The notes under the pieces: model-generated
The model's input: the letters and a program-made list of their open reading frames with translations, nothing else
Databases searched by the model: none
Told to the model about the DNA's origin: nothing
NCBI GenBank assembly: GCA_963666365.2
Contig: CAXXNF010000002.1
Location: 1,984,001 to 2,048,000, forward strand
Reading direction: 5' to 3'
DNA from: Syntrophales bacterium
GTDB lineage: Bacteria > Desulfobacterota > Syntrophia > Syntrophales > UBA2210
DNA: 64,000 nucleotides
Made by a program: the position numbers and the translations under genes
Shown here: in pieces, positions 62,155-64,000 of the stretch
Position numbering within the stretch: the stretch's first letter is position 1
Layout of the letters: each line of letters opens with the position of its first letter

Positions 62155-62658
62155 TCAATCCACCCTTCTGAACATCTTCCCCTTCGCCCCGCATACGGGA
62201 CACAGGTCGGGCGCATCTCTCTCTGCCGTATATCCGCATACAGGACATACATAGTAAGGATACTCTTCCGGTTCCGAAGCCGAATCAAGCGTATTTAAAA
62301 GACCTTCGTAGAGGGCGGCATGAATCTTTTCAACATCCAGGGCATACTGAAAACTCCGCTCGGCCGCTTTGTGTCCCTCGGCCTTTGCCGTTTCTATCAT
62401 TTCCGGGTACATGCTTCTGAACTCATGAGTCTCGCCCGCTAAGGCTTCCCCGAGATTTTCTTTGGTACTTTTTACAGCCTTCATCGCCCTGAGGTGATTG
62501 TGTGCATGCACCGTTTCGGCATCGGCCGCCGCTCTGAATAAACGCGCCACCTGATGGAAGCCCTCTTTATCAGCCTGCTCGGCAAAGGCAAGGTAGGTTC
62601 TGTTCGCCTGGGATTCTCCCGCAAAGGCCTCTTGTAAATATTCTTCGGTTTTCGACAT
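62155..62658 (-). CDS. Rubrerythrin
   Basis: AFAGESQA, ETVHA, EKIH, CPVCG...CPVCG. Confidence 0.95.
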   Translation of the reverse strand: MSKTEEYLQEAFAGESQANRTYLAFAEQADKEGFHQVARLFRAAADAETVHAHNHLRAMKAVKSTKENLGEALAGETHEFRSMYPEMIETAKAEGHKAAERSFQYALDVEKIHAALYEGLLNTLDSASEPEEYPYYVCPVCGYTAERDAPDLCPVCGAKGKMFRRVD

Positions 62659-62706
62659 ATATTCCGCCTCCTTCTATCTACACGTTAATAAATATAACTG
62701 CCATCA

Positions 62707-63462
62707 TCATGTTTCCTCTTTCACCTCCGCAGTCGCTTGGGGATCGAAGGGATTGGTCCGCATTGCCAGGGAAAAGAGATAGGGGTACTCACCTTTCAGG
62801 TGTTTCATGTAGGTAAGCCATTCGGAAACCAGCAGGGTATAGGCCCTTTCCATGTCGTGGGCGAGGTGCCGGTAGTCGGTTTCAGGCAGACAATTCACAT
62901 CCTCTCTCTCCGCAAGCTCCTCGGTAAGGTGAAAGACCGCCCAGAGAAGCGTGGTGAAGGTCTCGTGTTCGAGCAGGTTGGAATTCTGCAGCAGATTCAG
63001 GAGAAATCCCCTTTTACCAACCAGGTAATCCTGCAAATCCGGCATATCACCCCTGTGGCAATCAATGCGACACTCGTAGAGATGACGTTGGGAGGAAGCG
63101 CTTTGAAATTTATCCTCCGGCCACTCACCGCATGCAATCAGCCATTCCTTTATCTTGTCGCCGTTTTCGTTGAATTTGTTAAATCTGCGCAATAATCCGG
63201 TACCCACTTCGCTGAAGAAAGCGCCGATTACCATGTTGAGCTTTTCGAGCATCCTCTTTTTATCCCGATAATTCAGAAGCTCATGGATAATCATGCTTAC
63301 GATGAGCACTTCGATAAACACAAAGGCCACGTCGCCCACCAAAAAAATAAAGAGGTGGTGCGGATCGCGAAAGATGAAAAAATGCACAACGTAGGCAGCC
63401 GCCGACAGGATCACCAAAACAATTCCCCATGCCACCTTCCATCTATCGAACTCAATCTTCAT
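62707..63462 (-). CDS. Membrane protein sharing the cytoplasmic domain of the neighbouring K+ channel but lacking the filter
   Basis: EKLNMVIGAFFSEVG...YPYLFSLAMRTNPFD shared with 61217..62071. Confidence 0.85.
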   Translation of the reverse strand: MKIEFDRWKVAWGIVLVILSAAAYVVHFFIFRDPHHLFIFLVGDVAFVFIEVLIVSMIIHELLNYRDKKRMLEKLNMVIGAFFSEVGTGLLRRFNKFNENGDKIKEWLIACGEWPEDKFQSASSQRHLYECRIDCHRGDMPDLQDYLVGKRGFLLNLLQNSNLLEHETFTTLLWAVFHLTEELAEREDVNCLPETDYRHLAHDMERAYTLLVSEWLTYMKHLKGEYPYLFSLAMRTNPFDPQATAEVKEET

Positions 63463-63477
63463 CGCAGTGTACTCCTT

Positions 63478-64000
63478 TCATTGTGACGAACATTCTGTCC
63501 GTGCAGCCGCACGACAGGCATCGACAAATCCTTTTGCATCCAGCTCGGGACAGATTCCCAGCCGCGTTAAGGCAAAGTCATACCTCACCGGATCATGCGG
63601 CAGAATCGTTTTGAAGGCATTCGTAATTTCCAGCGCCGTCTTCATGTCTGCCTGTCGCCGTTGCGTCATGCCCAGCGCACACCCAAGTCTGTACATGTGC
63701 GTATCCAGCGGCGTTACCAGCATTGACGGGGCAATTCCCTCCCATCCCCCCGGATCGACGTCGTCCTTTCTGACCATCCATCGCAAAAACAGATTGAGAC
63801 GCTTACAGGCACTCCCTCCCACGGGAGAGGGAAGCAGACTGTTATATGCGTCCACACCGCCGCCGTGCCTTATCTCGTCGATAAGAAAGGAAAGGGCCGG
63901 GATAATTGTCTCCCTGTCGCTGTCAAGGGCGGTCGCCATACAGGCCCGAAGCGACCCATGCAGTTCGAGCACATGTCTCATGCCGCACAACATGTCAGCC
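63478..64000 (-). CDS. DUF2400/TIGR02757-like protein, 5' end outside the window
   Basis: SACKRLNLFLRWMVR.D.VDPG.W, PLDTH, DPVRYDFAL. Confidence 0.88.
   Translation of the reverse strand, partial: ADMLCGMRHVLELHGSLRACMATALDSDRETIIPALSFLIDEIRHGGGVDAYNSLLPSPVGGSACKRLNLFLRWMVRKDDVDPGGWEGIAPSMLVTPLDTHMYRLGCALGMTQRRQADMKTALEITNAFKTILPHDPVRYDFALTRLGICPELDAKGFVDACRAAARTECSSQ

Overview
Chromosomal window from an anaerobic, selenocysteine-using bacterium; gene content suggests Desulfobacterota (Syntrophia-like), which is an inference. The left 40 kb is a respiratory region: fdhE, a Sec-containing FdnGHI formate dehydrogenase with a probable Moco RNA leader, a ModE-like regulator, and a group 1 [NiFe]-hydrogenase/hyp operon that appears to be decaying. 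It also holds two Tat-exported non-fumarate flavoprotein reductases beside a 21-heme cytochrome c/cytochrome b fusion with a duplicated hexaheme module. A 13-heme cytochrome c, split by the ORF track at an in-frame UGA followed by a SECIS-like hairpin, sits with a cytochrome b, a periplasmic rhodanese and ccsAB. A metallocofactor maturation operon hides a NifU/IscU-like selenoprotein missed by the ORF track. The right part is mostly housekeeping: two AHAS operons with different attenuator leader peptides (one with a tandem relay terminator), ilvC, ilvD, PBP1A, tat genes, gatCAB, mtnA, and a K+-channel/rubrerythrin/paralog trio. No rRNA, tRNA, CRISPR array or intact transposase was seen. All calls come from manual reading and recalled motifs; no database search was run.
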